NCBI GenBank assembly: GCA_022213955.1
Contig: JAKNTW010000009.1
Span: forward strand, 213,580 to 277,579
Length of the DNA: 64,000 nt
Direction: 5' to 3'
Source: Streptosporangium soli
Lineage (GTDB): Bacteria > Actinomycetota > Actinomycetes > Streptosporangiales > Streptosporangiaceae
The position numbers and the translations under genes are program-made. A model generated the notes under the pieces. The model was not told the origin of the DNA, ran no database searches, and saw only the letters and a program-made list of their open reading frames with translations. This document shows, in pieces, positions 45,601-55,129 of the stretch. Position 1 is the stretch's first letter. The number at the start of each line of letters is the position of its first letter.

Positions 45601-46947
45601 CTACGCGTCCACCGGAACCGGTGAGGCCGCCTGGCCGGTGCGGGCGGAGGTGACGAAGCGCGGCGCGATCAGCACCCCCAGCAAGCCCATGACCAGGGCG
45701 AACAGGAAGGCCGCCCAGTAACCTGAGCCGATCGCGGTGAACAGTGCGCCGGTGACGGCCACCGCCACCACGGAGAACACCGACTCGCCGACCTGCAACG
45801 CCGAGCTGTTGACCCCCTGTTCGCCGGGACCCGACAGCTCAAGGGTGAGCACCGACAGGGTCGGATAGATCAGGCCCATGCCGAAGCCGCTCACGATCCA
45901 CGCCGGATAGGCCAGCGCCATCGGCACCGCGTCGAACGTCACGGCGCCCATCAGCACGAACCCCAGGGCGAGCAGCGCCATGCCGCCGCGGACGTTCACC
46001 ATCCGGCTGAACACCTCGCGCCCCTGCAGCCAGGAGGCCAGTGACCAGGTCAGCGCCCCGCCGGTGAGCGCCAGCCCGGCCGTGATCGACGACATGCCGC
46101 GCTCGTTGATGAGCATGAGCGGGACCAGGATCTCGCTCGCGAAGAACGCGCCCGTCGCCAGGCCGCGCAGGGCCACCACGGCCGGCAGTCCGCGGGCCGC
46201 GCGGAGGGTGCCGGCCGGCAGCAGGCGGGGCAGCGCCACGACGAGGATCACGAAGCCGATGAGCAGCAGGGGAAGCCGGCCGTCGCTGCCGTACTGCATC
46301 AGACCGGCGCCGACGGCGGTCACCGCCGCCCACACGACCTTGACGCCCAGCCCCGGCGCGGGCGCCGCCTGTCCGCCCCGGATCGGCTTGCCCGCCAGGC
46401 CGCGCCACATCACCAGCGCGGCGGGCACGGTCAGCAGCGGGACGCCGAGGAAGACCCAGCGCCAGCCGATCGTGTCGACAACGGCTCCGACCAGCGCCGG
46501 ACCGGCCATCGAGGGCACCACCCAGGCGGTGGCGAACAACGAGAAGATCTTCGGATGCAGCTCCTCGGCGTACACCCGGGCCACCACCACGTACAGCGCC
46601 ACCTGCACCAGCGCACCGCCGAACCCCTGCACCAGGCGGCCGGCGATGAGCATCTCCATGCTGGTCGCACTTCCCGCCAGCAACAGCCCGACGACGAAGC
46701 TCGCCACACCGACCCACAGCGGCGCGGACGGCCCGCGCAGGTCGGACCACCGCCCGCCCAGCACCGTGCCGATGACCGCCGCGGCCATCGCCCCGCTGAA
46801 CGCGAGGCCGTACAGTTCGAGGCCCCCCAACTCCTTGGCCACGACCGGCATCGCGATCGCCACGGCCATGTACTCCAGGGCGACCAGCGAGATCATCGCG
46901 ATCAGCCCCGCAGTCAGCCCCTTGTTCGTCAGACTCTTCTCCGTCAT
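45601..46947 (-). CDS. MFS transporter (drug:H+ antiporter-like)
   Basis: About 14 predicted TM helices with MFS motifs (GRWSDLRG). Trimmed to MTEKSL. Confidence 0.85.
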   Translation of the reverse strand: MTEKSLTNKGLTAGLIAMISLVALEYMAVAIAMPVVAKELGGLELYGLAFSGAMAAAVIGTVLGGRWSDLRGPSAPLWVGVASFVVGLLLAGSATSMEMLIAGRLVQGFGGALVQVALYVVVARVYAEELHPKIFSLFATAWVVPSMAGPALVGAVVDTIGWRWVFLGVPLLTVPAALVMWRGLAGKPIRGGQAAPAPGLGVKVVWAAVTAVGAGLMQYGSDGRLPLLLIGFVILVVALPRLLPAGTLRAARGLPAVVALRGLATGAFFASEILVPLMLINERGMSSITAGLALTGGALTWSLASWLQGREVFSRMVNVRGGMALLALGFVLMGAVTFDAVPMALAYPAWIVSGFGMGLIYPTLSVLTLELSGPGEQGVNSSALQVGESVFSVVAVAVTGALFTAIGSGYWAAFLFALVMGLLGVLIAPRFVTSARTGQAASPVPVDA

Positions 46948-47111
46948 GCTCACGACGCTATTGACGGCCACCGCCGAGCACATCGGGGGATGGTCTCATC
47001 CCTCTAGGACCTAGGTCCTCAGCCTCCCGACGTACGGCGGCGCGCTCCCGCACTCGACGACGGCTCACCGAACCGTCCGGCCGACGGCTTCGCGTGCGGG
47101 TGATCCACCCA

Positions 47112-47492
47112 TCAGGCGTCGAAGCGGCGGCGGGAGGCTTCGATGTCGACGAGGTACCGGCTGGTCCAGTCGCACATTCCATTGACCGTCGCTCGCAGGG
47201 CCTGGCCCGGCTCGGTGAGGGTGTAGTCGACCCGCGGCGGCACGGTGGGGTGCACGGTCCGCTCGACCAGGCCGTTGCGCTCCAGCATGCGCAGATTCTG
47301 GGTGAGCATCTTGTGGCTGATGCCCTCGACCTCATTCCGCAACTCGGTGAAGCGCAGGGTGCGTTCACCGAGGAACTCGATGATCAGAAACGCCCACTTG
47401 TTGGCGACGTCCGAGAAGATCTCCCGCGCCAGAGAGTCCGCGCGCGTGAGGTCCGCGTCCTCGGGCGAGCCCTTGAACTGCTTGGTCACCAT
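47112..47492 (-). CDS. HxlR family winged-helix transcriptional regulator
   Basis: FSDVANKWAFLIIEFL...TLRFTELRNEVEGISHKMLTQNLRMLERNGLV is the HxlR signature. Confidence 0.8.
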   Translation of the reverse strand: MVTKQFKGSPEDADLTRADSLAREIFSDVANKWAFLIIEFLGERTLRFTELRNEVEGISHKMLTQNLRMLERNGLVERTVHPTVPPRVDYTLTEPGQALRATVNGMCDWTSRYLVDIEASRRRFDA

Positions 47493-47613
47493 AAGGTTCT
47501 CCAGTCACTGGAAAGTGCGTTCTTCCACGTCAGCGGCCACTCTCCTATGGTTCCTGAGTAACCACAAGAGAGCATAAGTAGCCCACGGGCTCATGACGAA
47601 GGAGGCGGGCAGC

Positions 47614-48021
47614 ATGGCCATCACTCTGGTGAACCCCAGTGGACTGCCGGAAATCGATGCGTACCGGCAGGTGTCCATCGCGACCGGGTCGAAGCTGGTC
47701 TTCATCGCCGGGCAGGTCGCCTGGGATGCCAAGGGGGTCACGGTCGGCGAAGGTGACCTCGCCGCTCAGGTCGAGCAGTGCTACCTCAACATCGGCACTG
47801 CCCTGGCCGGGGTCGGCGGCTCCTTCGACGACGTGGCGAAACTAACCGTCTACGTCGTCGACTGGACCCCCGACAAGATGCCCCTGTTCCTGGAGGGGGT
47901 CACTCGGGCGGCCGCGAAGCTAGGCGTCACCCCGGTCCCGCCGGGCACGCTGCTGGGTGTTGCGGCACTGGACGTACCCGGCCATCTGGTTGAGGTCGAG
48001 GCCACCGCGATCATCGACTGA
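47614..48021 (+). CDS. RidA/YjgF family protein
   Basis: RBS gaaggagg. Conserved YjgF C-terminal region and size (~135 aa). Confidence 0.85.
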   Translation: MAITLVNPSGLPEIDAYRQVSIATGSKLVFIAGQVAWDAKGVTVGEGDLAAQVEQCYLNIGTALAGVGGSFDDVAKLTVYVVDWTPDKMPLFLEGVTRAAAKLGVTPVPPGTLLGVAALDVPGHLVEVEATAIID

Positions 48022-48028
48022 ACGGGTG

Positions 48029-49243
48029 TCAGGTGGGGTTCAGTTCGTCGGCGCGGAGGGCCAGGAGGACGTCGGCGCGGACCAGGTCGGCGGGGGTTTC
48101 TGCGTTGAGGAGGCGGGTGATGCGGCGGACCCGGTAGGTGACCGTGTTCTCGTGGACGGCCAGCAGGCGGGCGGTGGTGCGGGTGGAGAGGCCGCTGGTC
48201 AGGAACACCCGTAGCGTTTCCACCAGGGCGGGGCTGCCGCGCAGCGGGGTGAGGATGGAGTCGGTGAGCCGACGCGCGTCGAGCGGGTTGCCGATGAGGA
48301 GCACCTCGGGGATGACGTTCTCGAACGGCACCACCACCCGGTCGGCCCTCATCCGCAGGCCGGCTTCGAGGGCGGAGAGCGCCTCCTTGCATGAGGCGCC
48401 CGCCTCGCCGAGCCGGGGCCGGGGCTCGCCGAGGCCGACGATGAGCCGGGCGGGCATGCCGGGCCTGCGGGCGGCACGGGTGAACGCTTCGCCGATGCCG
48501 GGCGCGTCGGCGAACACGAGCAGCAGGGTCGAGCCCTTGCCGCCGACCAGCAGCCGGGAGGGAAGACGCGGCCTGACGGCTTCGAGGAGCATCCCCTGGG
48601 TGCGGGTGAGGGCCAGCGGGCTGGTCTCCTCGGGCATCCCGATGGCGGCGGCGCGGTGCGGGACCTGGGCGCGGACGCCGACCAGCCGGGCGCGTTCCTC
48701 GACGTCTCCCGGGTCGAGGGGTTCGCCGCCGGCCAGCCGGGAGACGAGGTCGGTGGCGATCTGGTCGAGGTGCCCGGCCGCCTCGGAGCGGGTCTGCCGG
48801 TAGGCGTCGGTGGACGCCTCGATCAGCACGTCCGTGCTCGTGGCCAGGCGGTGCGACAGCTCGATGAGGGTCTTGGTCGGAAGGGGCGGGCCGACGGTGG
48901 CGAGCCGCTCCAGGAGCAGTCGTTCGGCCGCGTGCCAGGAGGCGACCACCGCCTCGACGGGCACCCCCTGGATGGCCCGCCGCTGGCCCAGCGCCGCCGC
49001 CGGGTCGAGCTCCGACCCGCGCGGACCGCGGCGTTCGGCGACGGAGGCGAGCAGGACGCGCAGGTTGGGCGCGACCACGCCGGCGAGGTCCATCACGTCC
49101 ATCCGGGCGTGGTCGTAGCCGGGCAGGTTCTGCCAGACGGCGGCGACCAGGCTGGTGGCGAGGTCGTCGACCTGGGGGAGCAGGAGACCTACCCTTTGTG
49201 GCAGATCCACAAAGAACCTCCCCTCATATTCCAGTCGGTCCAC
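48029..49243 (-). CDS. PucR/CdaR family transcriptional regulator
   Basis: C-terminal PucR-type HTH (TTARLLAVHENTVTYRVRRITRLL). GTG start per the ORF track. Confidence 0.75.
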   Translation of the reverse strand: MDRLEYEGRFFVDLPQRVGLLLPQVDDLATSLVAAVWQNLPGYDHARMDVMDLAGVVAPNLRVLLASVAERRGPRGSELDPAAALGQRRAIQGVPVEAVVASWHAAERLLLERLATVGPPLPTKTLIELSHRLATSTDVLIEASTDAYRQTRSEAAGHLDQIATDLVSRLAGGEPLDPGDVEERARLVGVRAQVPHRAAAIGMPEETSPLALTRTQGMLLEAVRPRLPSRLLVGGKGSTLLLVFADAPGIGEAFTRAARRPGMPARLIVGLGEPRPRLGEAGASCKEALSALEAGLRMRADRVVVPFENVIPEVLLIGNPLDARRLTDSILTPLRGSPALVETLRVFLTSGLSTRTTARLLAVHENTVTYRVRRITRLLNAETPADLVRADVLLALRADELNPT

Positions 49244-49308
49244 GTAGAGGGATCGAGAAGTGCTGACTGACTATGGAATATCACAGGTCAGATGAGGAGA
49301 GGACCCTC

Positions 49309-50646
49309 ATGAGTTCACAGGTCGCGCCCCCGGCGGAACGGGACACGCTCGCCACCGACCTTGACGATCACGCCCTCGAACCGGTCCCGACGAACCGCCG
49401 CAAGTCGCTGCTCCAGATGATCATTGTGCAGATCGGCTGGAACATCAGCGTCAGCAGCTTCCTGGTCGGCGGCGTGGTGGGCGGCGGCAGTTCCTTCGGG
49501 GCGGGCATCGCCGCCATCCTCGTCGGCAACCTGGTGCTGGTCGTGGTCTCGACCTTGGTCGGGCTGGTGGGCTACCGGACCGGGCTGTCGAGTTATCTGG
49601 CCGCCCGGGCGGTCTTCGGGCGGCACGGCGCGGTCGTCGTCTCGCTGCTGCTCGGCCTGCTCGCCATGGGGTTCATCGGGGTACTGATGGACACCTGGGG
49701 CGGTGCGGTGAACAAGCTGCTCCCGGCGATCCCCTCGTGGGTGTTCGTGCTGGCCTTCGCCCTGGCCATCACCTCCACGGCGATCTTCGGAATCAAGGGG
49801 CTCGCCAGGTTCTCCGCGATCGCCGTGCCCATCGAGATCGGCATCGCGCTGGTCGCCCTCTTCAAGATCGGCGGTATGGAGGGCGGCTTCGCCGAAGTCA
49901 TCGCACACACCCCCGCCGTGCCGATCGGGTTCGGCGCCGCCGTCGGAGCGGTGATCGCGACCTGGGTCACCGGAGCGGCGCTGGTCGGCGACGTGACCAG
50001 ATACGCCAGCCGCCCGCGCGATGTGATCATCTCCAGCTTCTGCGGCTTCGTCGCCGGCGCGGGCGTCTTCGAGACCATCTCCATGGTCTCCGCGATGAAG
50101 GTCGCCAACAGCAACTTCGTGCTGGTCATGCAGGGACTCGGGCTGCTCGCCCCGGCCGCGGTGATGCTGGTCCTCGCACTGTGGAACACCGCGGACAACA
50201 ACCTCTACTCCGCGTCGCTGGCCTTCACCAACGCCTCCAACACACTGGGCGCGCGGATCGGCAAGCCGGTGTGGACGATCGTCTCCATCGTGATCGCCGT
50301 GCTCGTGGCCTTCGCCGGGCTGGCAGACTCCTTCCTCGTCTTCCTGAACATCGTCGCGCTCGTCGCACCGCCGTTCGCCGGCGTCCTCATCGCGCACTTC
50401 TGGGTGCTGGCCCGCCACAGCTCGGGCACGGAACTCCTCCGCTCCGCGCCTGCCGTACGGGTCGAGGCCCTGGTCGCGTGGGCGCTGGCGGCGGTGCTCT
50501 CGAAGGTGACCGACGTGCTGCTGACCGACGCGATCGAGGGACTGGTGTACGGCTTCGTGTGCTACGCGCTGCTCGGCTGGGTGCTGAAGAGGATCAAACC
50601 GATGGGCGCGCCGGAGCCGGCCGTACCGGAAAGGGATGAGTCATGA
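49309..50646 (+). CDS. NCS1 family nucleobase/hydantoin-type cation symporter
   Basis: Strong RBS gaggagagg before ATG 49309. Twelve TM helices. NCS1 N-terminal signature (NRRKSLLQMIIVQIGWNIS). Confidence 0.8.
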   Translation: MSSQVAPPAERDTLATDLDDHALEPVPTNRRKSLLQMIIVQIGWNISVSSFLVGGVVGGGSSFGAGIAAILVGNLVLVVVSTLVGLVGYRTGLSSYLAARAVFGRHGAVVVSLLLGLLAMGFIGVLMDTWGGAVNKLLPAIPSWVFVLAFALAITSTAIFGIKGLARFSAIAVPIEIGIALVALFKIGGMEGGFAEVIAHTPAVPIGFGAAVGAVIATWVTGAALVGDVTRYASRPRDVIISSFCGFVAGAGVFETISMVSAMKVANSNFVLVMQGLGLLAPAAVMLVLALWNTADNNLYSASLAFTNASNTLGARIGKPVWTIVSIVIAVLVAFAGLADSFLVFLNIVALVAPPFAGVLIAHFWVLARHSSGTELLRSAPAVRVEALVAWALAAVLSKVTDVLLTDAIEGLVYGFVCYALLGWVLKRIKPMGAPEPAVPERDES

Positions 50647-51656
50647 GATTCGGCCTTGGAGTGCCGACGGGGACCGAAGGATTGATGTACCCGGTCCCCT
50701 ACGCCGACATCGGCCAGGCCGTACGGCTGGCGGTCGAGGCGGAGCGGCTGGGCTTCGACTCGGTGTGGGCCAACGATCACGTGTCGACCCAGGCGTACGT
50801 GCGGGAGGAGTTCGAGACTCCGCCGCGCTTCTACGACCCGTTCGGTTATCTCAGCTATGTCGCGGCGATCACCAGCAGGATCCGGCTGGCCACGGCGATC
50901 ATGGTGCTGCCGTTCCGCAACCCGGTGGTGGCCGCCAAGCAGGCCGCCACGCTCGACCAGCTCTCCGGCGGCCGGGCCGTGCTCGGGGTGGGCATCGGCG
51001 CCTACCGCGAGGAGTACGAGGCGATGAACCCCGGGCGTCCGCTGCACCGGGGCGAGCACGCGGCGGAGGCCATCCAGGCGTTGCAGGCGCTCTTCACCCG
51101 GCGGCGCGCGAGTTTCCACGGACGCTGGGTCGACTTCCACGACGTGGAGTCGTACCCCAAGCCGATGCAGCCGACGTTGCCGATCCTGTCGGGCGGCAAC
51201 GCGCCGGGGTCGCGCACCCGGGCCGCGCTGTACGCGGACGGCTGGCTGCCCGCCTGCCTCACCCCCGGGGAGGTGGCCGACGGCATCGCCGCGATCGGCG
51301 ACCGGGCCACCGCCGCGCGCGGCGGCCTGCCCCCGGGATTCGAGGTTGCTTTGCAGGTGGCCGTGTGCGTCGCGCCCACCATGGAAGAGGCGTGGCGCAG
51401 GTTCCGGGCCTCGCAGATCCACAACCACCTCGTCTCGCTGTCCGGCTCGACGCTGAAGGACCAGGGTGTGGAGGATCTGGCCCGCCGCAACCTCATCGGC
51501 ACCCCGGAGAGCGTGGCCGAACAGGTGGCGGCCTACCGGGCGGCCGGCGTCGACACCATGGCCGGGCTGCTGTTCGCGGCCAACACGGTGGAGGAGACGG
51601 TCGACGCGATGGCCGAGTTCAGCGAGACGATCATTGGCAGGGAGACGATCGGATGA
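50643..51656 (+). CDS. LLM-class F420/flavin-dependent oxidoreductase
   Basis: ATGA overlap with the permease stop. LLM TIM-barrel signature (WANDHVS, GGRAVLGVGIG). Confidence 0.85.
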   Translation: MRFGLGVPTGTEGLMYPVPYADIGQAVRLAVEAERLGFDSVWANDHVSTQAYVREEFETPPRFYDPFGYLSYVAAITSRIRLATAIMVLPFRNPVVAAKQAATLDQLSGGRAVLGVGIGAYREEYEAMNPGRPLHRGEHAAEAIQALQALFTRRRASFHGRWVDFHDVESYPKPMQPTLPILSGGNAPGSRTRAALYADGWLPACLTPGEVADGIAAIGDRATAARGGLPPGFEVALQVAVCVAPTMEEAWRRFRASQIHNHLVSLSGSTLKDQGVEDLARRNLIGTPESVAEQVAAYRAAGVDTMAGLLFAANTVEETVDAMAEFSETIIGRETIG

Positions 51657-51730
51657 CAGCGGGTCTGCGGGGTCCGGCCGGGTGGCGGCTGGGCGGCGAG
51701 ACGATCAGCGACGGGGAGACGATCGGATGA
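51653..51730 (+). other. junction-duplication mini-ORF (25 aa) MTAGLRGPAGWRLGGETISDGETIG
   Basis: ATG overlaps the LLM stop and its TGA overlaps the M24 ATG. Its C-terminus ETIG copies the LLM C-terminus (gagacgatcggatgac duplicated). Confidence 0.25.
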
Positions 51731-52935
51731 CCGTGGATCTGCGGGAACTCGCCGGGCAACGGCTGGGACGGCTGCGCGAGGCGTTGGCCGGGGCGCCCTT
51801 CGACGCCGTGATCCTCACCACGCCGGAGAGCATCCTCTACGCCACGGGGTACCGTTCCGTGGCCGGGCCGTTGTTCCGCGCGCACCGGATGGCCGCGCTG
51901 GTGACCGGGGACGACTGCTGGCTCGTCTGCCCCGCCGCCGACACGGCCCCGGCCGCCGACGCCGGGATGCCGGAGGACCGGCTGGTGCCCTTCGGCCGGT
52001 TCTACTTCGAGTCGGCCCTGGGCTCCCCGCTCACCGACATGTCCGACCGGCACCCGGACCTCCCGGCCGCGCTGGCGACCGCCGTCGGATTCGCCGGGCG
52101 AGGGCTGCGCTACGGCATCGAAGGACTCGCGGCCGATCCGCTTCTCGGCACGGCTGCGGGCTCGTCCGCGGGCTCGCCGGGCCGTACGTCCGCCGAGGGC
52201 TCGGCCGGTGCGGCCGTGGACGCGACGCAGTGGATGACCGCGTTGCGCGGTCCGAAGCTGCCCGGTGAGGTGGCGCTGCTCAGGCACGCGGCCCGGCTCG
52301 CCGAGGCGGGCGTGAACGCCGCGCTCGACGCCGCCGGACCGGGGATCACCGAGCAGGAACTGGCCGGCGTCGTCGCCGCGACCATGGTCGCCGAAGGTGG
52401 GGAGCCGCGGTTCGTGGTGGCCACGACCGGCCCGCGGTCGGCGCTCGCCGACGCCCACCCGACAGGCAGGACGTGGCAGCCCGGCGAACTGGCCAGGTTC
52501 GACGTGGGATGCCTCTACGGCGGCTACTACTCCGACATCGGCCGCACCGCCGTACTGGGCGGGCCCGACCACCGGCAGACCAGCCGGTACGCCGCGATCC
52601 TCGACGGTCTGGACGAGCAGATCGCGCTGGCCAAGCCGGGGGTCACCGCCGAGGAGCTGTTCGAGATCGCGATGGAGACCGTGCGGCGGGGCGGGATCGC
52701 CCCCTACCGGCGGCAGCACTGCGGGCACGGCATCGGGCTGTCCATCTACGAGCAGCCGATCATCGCGCCGGGGACCGCGACGGCGCTCGAAGAGGGCATG
52801 ACATTCTGCTTCGAGACGCCGTACTACGAGATCGGATGGGGCGGGATGATGGTCGAGGACACCCTGGTGGTGACCGCCGACGGCGTCGATTTGTTCACCC
52901 ACTCCCCGCGCGCCCTGCCGGTGGTGCCCGCATGA
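51727..52935 (+). CDS. M24 family metallohydrolase (creatinase/Xaa-Pro aminopeptidase/ectoine-hydrolase-like)
   Basis: Pita-bread fold metal ligands (DVGCLYGGYYSDIGRT, HGIGLSIYEQP, FCFE). ORF 51466..52935 trimmed to MTVDLREL. Confidence 0.85.
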   Translation: MTVDLRELAGQRLGRLREALAGAPFDAVILTTPESILYATGYRSVAGPLFRAHRMAALVTGDDCWLVCPAADTAPAADAGMPEDRLVPFGRFYFESALGSPLTDMSDRHPDLPAALATAVGFAGRGLRYGIEGLAADPLLGTAAGSSAGSPGRTSAEGSAGAAVDATQWMTALRGPKLPGEVALLRHAARLAEAGVNAALDAAGPGITEQELAGVVAATMVAEGGEPRFVVATTGPRSALADAHPTGRTWQPGELARFDVGCLYGGYYSDIGRTAVLGGPDHRQTSRYAAILDGLDEQIALAKPGVTAEELFEIAMETVRRGGIAPYRRQHCGHGIGLSIYEQPIIAPGTATALEEGMTFCFETPYYEIGWGGMMVEDTLVVTADGVDLFTHSPRALPVVPA

Positions 52936-54179
52936 GTCACTACCTCGGCCGCCTGGCCTGCCTGCGCTGCGCCGCCGCGTACGCGGACCCGAGCGTGGAG
53001 CTGCTCGGCCGCGGCTGCCCGGCGTGCGAACGCGACGGCGTGCCCGCCAACGTCCTGCCCGAGTACGCCATTCCCGCCACCGGCGTGCTGCCCGTGTCGC
53101 AGGGCGAGCCGGGGCTCTTCCGCCACCGGTCGCTGCTGCCGCTGGACCCCGCCACCCCCGCGGTCAGCCTCGGCGAAGGCGACACGCCGCTGGTGTCCCT
53201 CCCGCGTACGGCGGAGCGCCTGGGGCTGGCGGCCGTCCACGTCAAGGACGAGACCCGCAACCCGACCTGGTCGTACAAGGACCGGCTGGCTTCGGTGGCC
53301 CTGACGAAGGCCGTCGAGCTGGGCGCTCCCGCCGTGGTCGTGGCGAGCACCGGCAACCACGGTGCGGCGGTCGCCGCGTACGCGGCCCGTGCGGGGGTGC
53401 GCTGCGTGGTGCTCACGGTCGCCTCCGTGCCCGACACGATGAAGACGTTGATGCAGGTCTACGGCGCCGACGTGGTGGCGCTCAAGCAGCCCCCCGACCG
53501 CTGGCGGCTGATGCGGCAGCTCGTGGAGGAGCGCGGCTGGCTGCCGATGTCGGGGCACGCCGCCCCGCCGGTGGGTTCCATCGGCTACGGCGTCGACGGC
53601 TACAAGACGATCTCCTACGAGATCGTCGCGGAACTCGGCCGGGTGCCCGACTTCGTGGTGGTCCCCGTCGCCTACGCCGACGGCCTCGCCGGGATCTGGC
53701 GCGGCTTCGCCGACCTGGTCGCGCTCGGCGTCGCCGACCGGATGCCCAAGCTGGTGGCCGCCGAGCCGTTCGGGCCGCTCGCGGGCGCGCTCGCCGCGGG
53801 CGCGGAGGTGGCGGGGCCGGTGCCGATCACCCCGTCGGTCGCCTTCTCCATCGCCTCGCCGTTCGGCACCTACCAGGGGCTGGCCGCGCTGCGCGCCACC
53901 GGCGGACGCGCCGTGGGCGTGCCCGACGACGACCGCATCCTCGACGCCCAGCGCCGCCTCGGCCGGGAGGCGGGACTCTATCTGGAGGCCTCGTCGGTGA
54001 CCACACTGCTCGCGCTCGAAGAACTCGTCGCCGAGGGCGCCGTGCCGCCCGGCGCGACCACGGTCCTGATCGGCTCCTCCACCGGTCTGAAGGACGTCGG
54101 CGCCACCGCGGGCACGCTCCGGCCGGTCCCGGTCGTGGAGCCGACGCCCGCCGCGCTGGATCGGGCGTTGCAGGCGTGA
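52932..54179 (+). CDS. threonine-synthase-like PLP-dependent enzyme (fold-type II) with N-terminal Cys4 zinc-ribbon
   Basis: PLP-Lys in NPTWSYKDRLA. Gly-rich loop ASTGNHGAA. N-terminal CLRC...CPAC motif. ATGA coupling to the M24 gene. Confidence 0.8.
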   Translation: MSHYLGRLACLRCAAAYADPSVELLGRGCPACERDGVPANVLPEYAIPATGVLPVSQGEPGLFRHRSLLPLDPATPAVSLGEGDTPLVSLPRTAERLGLAAVHVKDETRNPTWSYKDRLASVALTKAVELGAPAVVVASTGNHGAAVAAYAARAGVRCVVLTVASVPDTMKTLMQVYGADVVALKQPPDRWRLMRQLVEERGWLPMSGHAAPPVGSIGYGVDGYKTISYEIVAELGRVPDFVVVPVAYADGLAGIWRGFADLVALGVADRMPKLVAAEPFGPLAGALAAGAEVAGPVPITPSVAFSIASPFGTYQGLAALRATGGRAVGVPDDDRILDAQRRLGREAGLYLEASSVTTLLALEELVAEGAVPPGATTVLIGSSTGLKDVGATAGTLRPVPVVEPTPAALDRALQA

Positions 54180-55129
54180 AGCTCGCGTTCTCGATCTCCG
54201 GCCAACGGCACGCGGGCTCCGCCGTACGGGTGGCGAGGCAGGCGGAGGAGGCGGGGTACGACACCGTCTGGGTGACGGAGGACTACTGCGAGCGGGGGGC
54301 GTTCGCGCTCGCCGGGGCGATCGCGGCGGCCACCGAACGGGTGCGCGTCGGGATCGGCGTGGTCAACCCGTGGACGAGGCATCCGGCGCTGATCGCGATG
54401 GAACTGGCCGCCCTGGAGGAGATCAGCGAGGGACGGGCCGTCCTCGGGCTGGGCGCGAGCAACCCCCGGTGGATGACCGACCGGCTCGGCATCCCCTTCG
54501 AGAAGCCGATCGGGCGGCTGACCGAGGCGGTCGACGTGGTCCGCGCGTTCCTGACCGGCGAGGAGGTGCGCTTCGACGGCGAGCACTTCCAGATCGCCGC
54601 CGGGCTAGCGTTCACCCCGCCGCGCACCAGGCCGCCGATCGTGCTCGGCGTCAAGGGCCCGCGTGCGGTGGCCATGGCCGCCGGTCGCGCCGACGGCCTG
54701 CTGCTGTCGATCCTGTCGTCGCCGCCGTACGTCGCCTCGGTGCGTGAGCGGGTCGGTCCGGCGATGGAGCTCGCGGCGTACGTCGCGCTGTCGGTCGACC
54801 CGGACGTGTCCCTCGCGCGAGACCGGGTGCGGCCCATGGTGGCGACCTATCTCGGCGTGCACGGCGAACACGAGATCACCCGTACGGCCGGGCTGGCCGC
54901 GGAGTTGTGCGCCGCCTTCCGGGAGGGCTGGCTGGCGGGCAGCCCGCGGGTGGACCTCGTCGACGACGACCTGGTGGACCTGTTCACCGTCGCCGGCACG
55001 TCCGGCGACGCCGCCCGTTCGTTGTCCCGGCTCGCCGAGGCGGGCCTGGACGTGGCCGTCGTACGCGACGATCCGGGCGGTGACGTCGAGGAGTTGTTGC
55101 GGCTTACTCGTCGCCTAGTGCCCGCATGA
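54176..55129 (+). CDS. LLM-class F420-dependent oxidoreductase
   Basis: GTGA coupling to the upstream gene. LLM signature (WVTEDY, GRAVLGLGAS). Confidence 0.8.
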   Translation: MKLAFSISGQRHAGSAVRVARQAEEAGYDTVWVTEDYCERGAFALAGAIAAATERVRVGIGVVNPWTRHPALIAMELAALEEISEGRAVLGLGASNPRWMTDRLGIPFEKPIGRLTEAVDVVRAFLTGEEVRFDGEHFQIAAGLAFTPPRTRPPIVLGVKGPRAVAMAAGRADGLLLSILSSPPYVASVRERVGPAMELAAYVALSVDPDVSLARDRVRPMVATYLGVHGEHEITRTAGLAAELCAAFREGWLAGSPRVDLVDDDLVDLFTVAGTSGDAARSLSRLAEAGLDVAVVRDDPGGDVEELLRLTRRLVPA

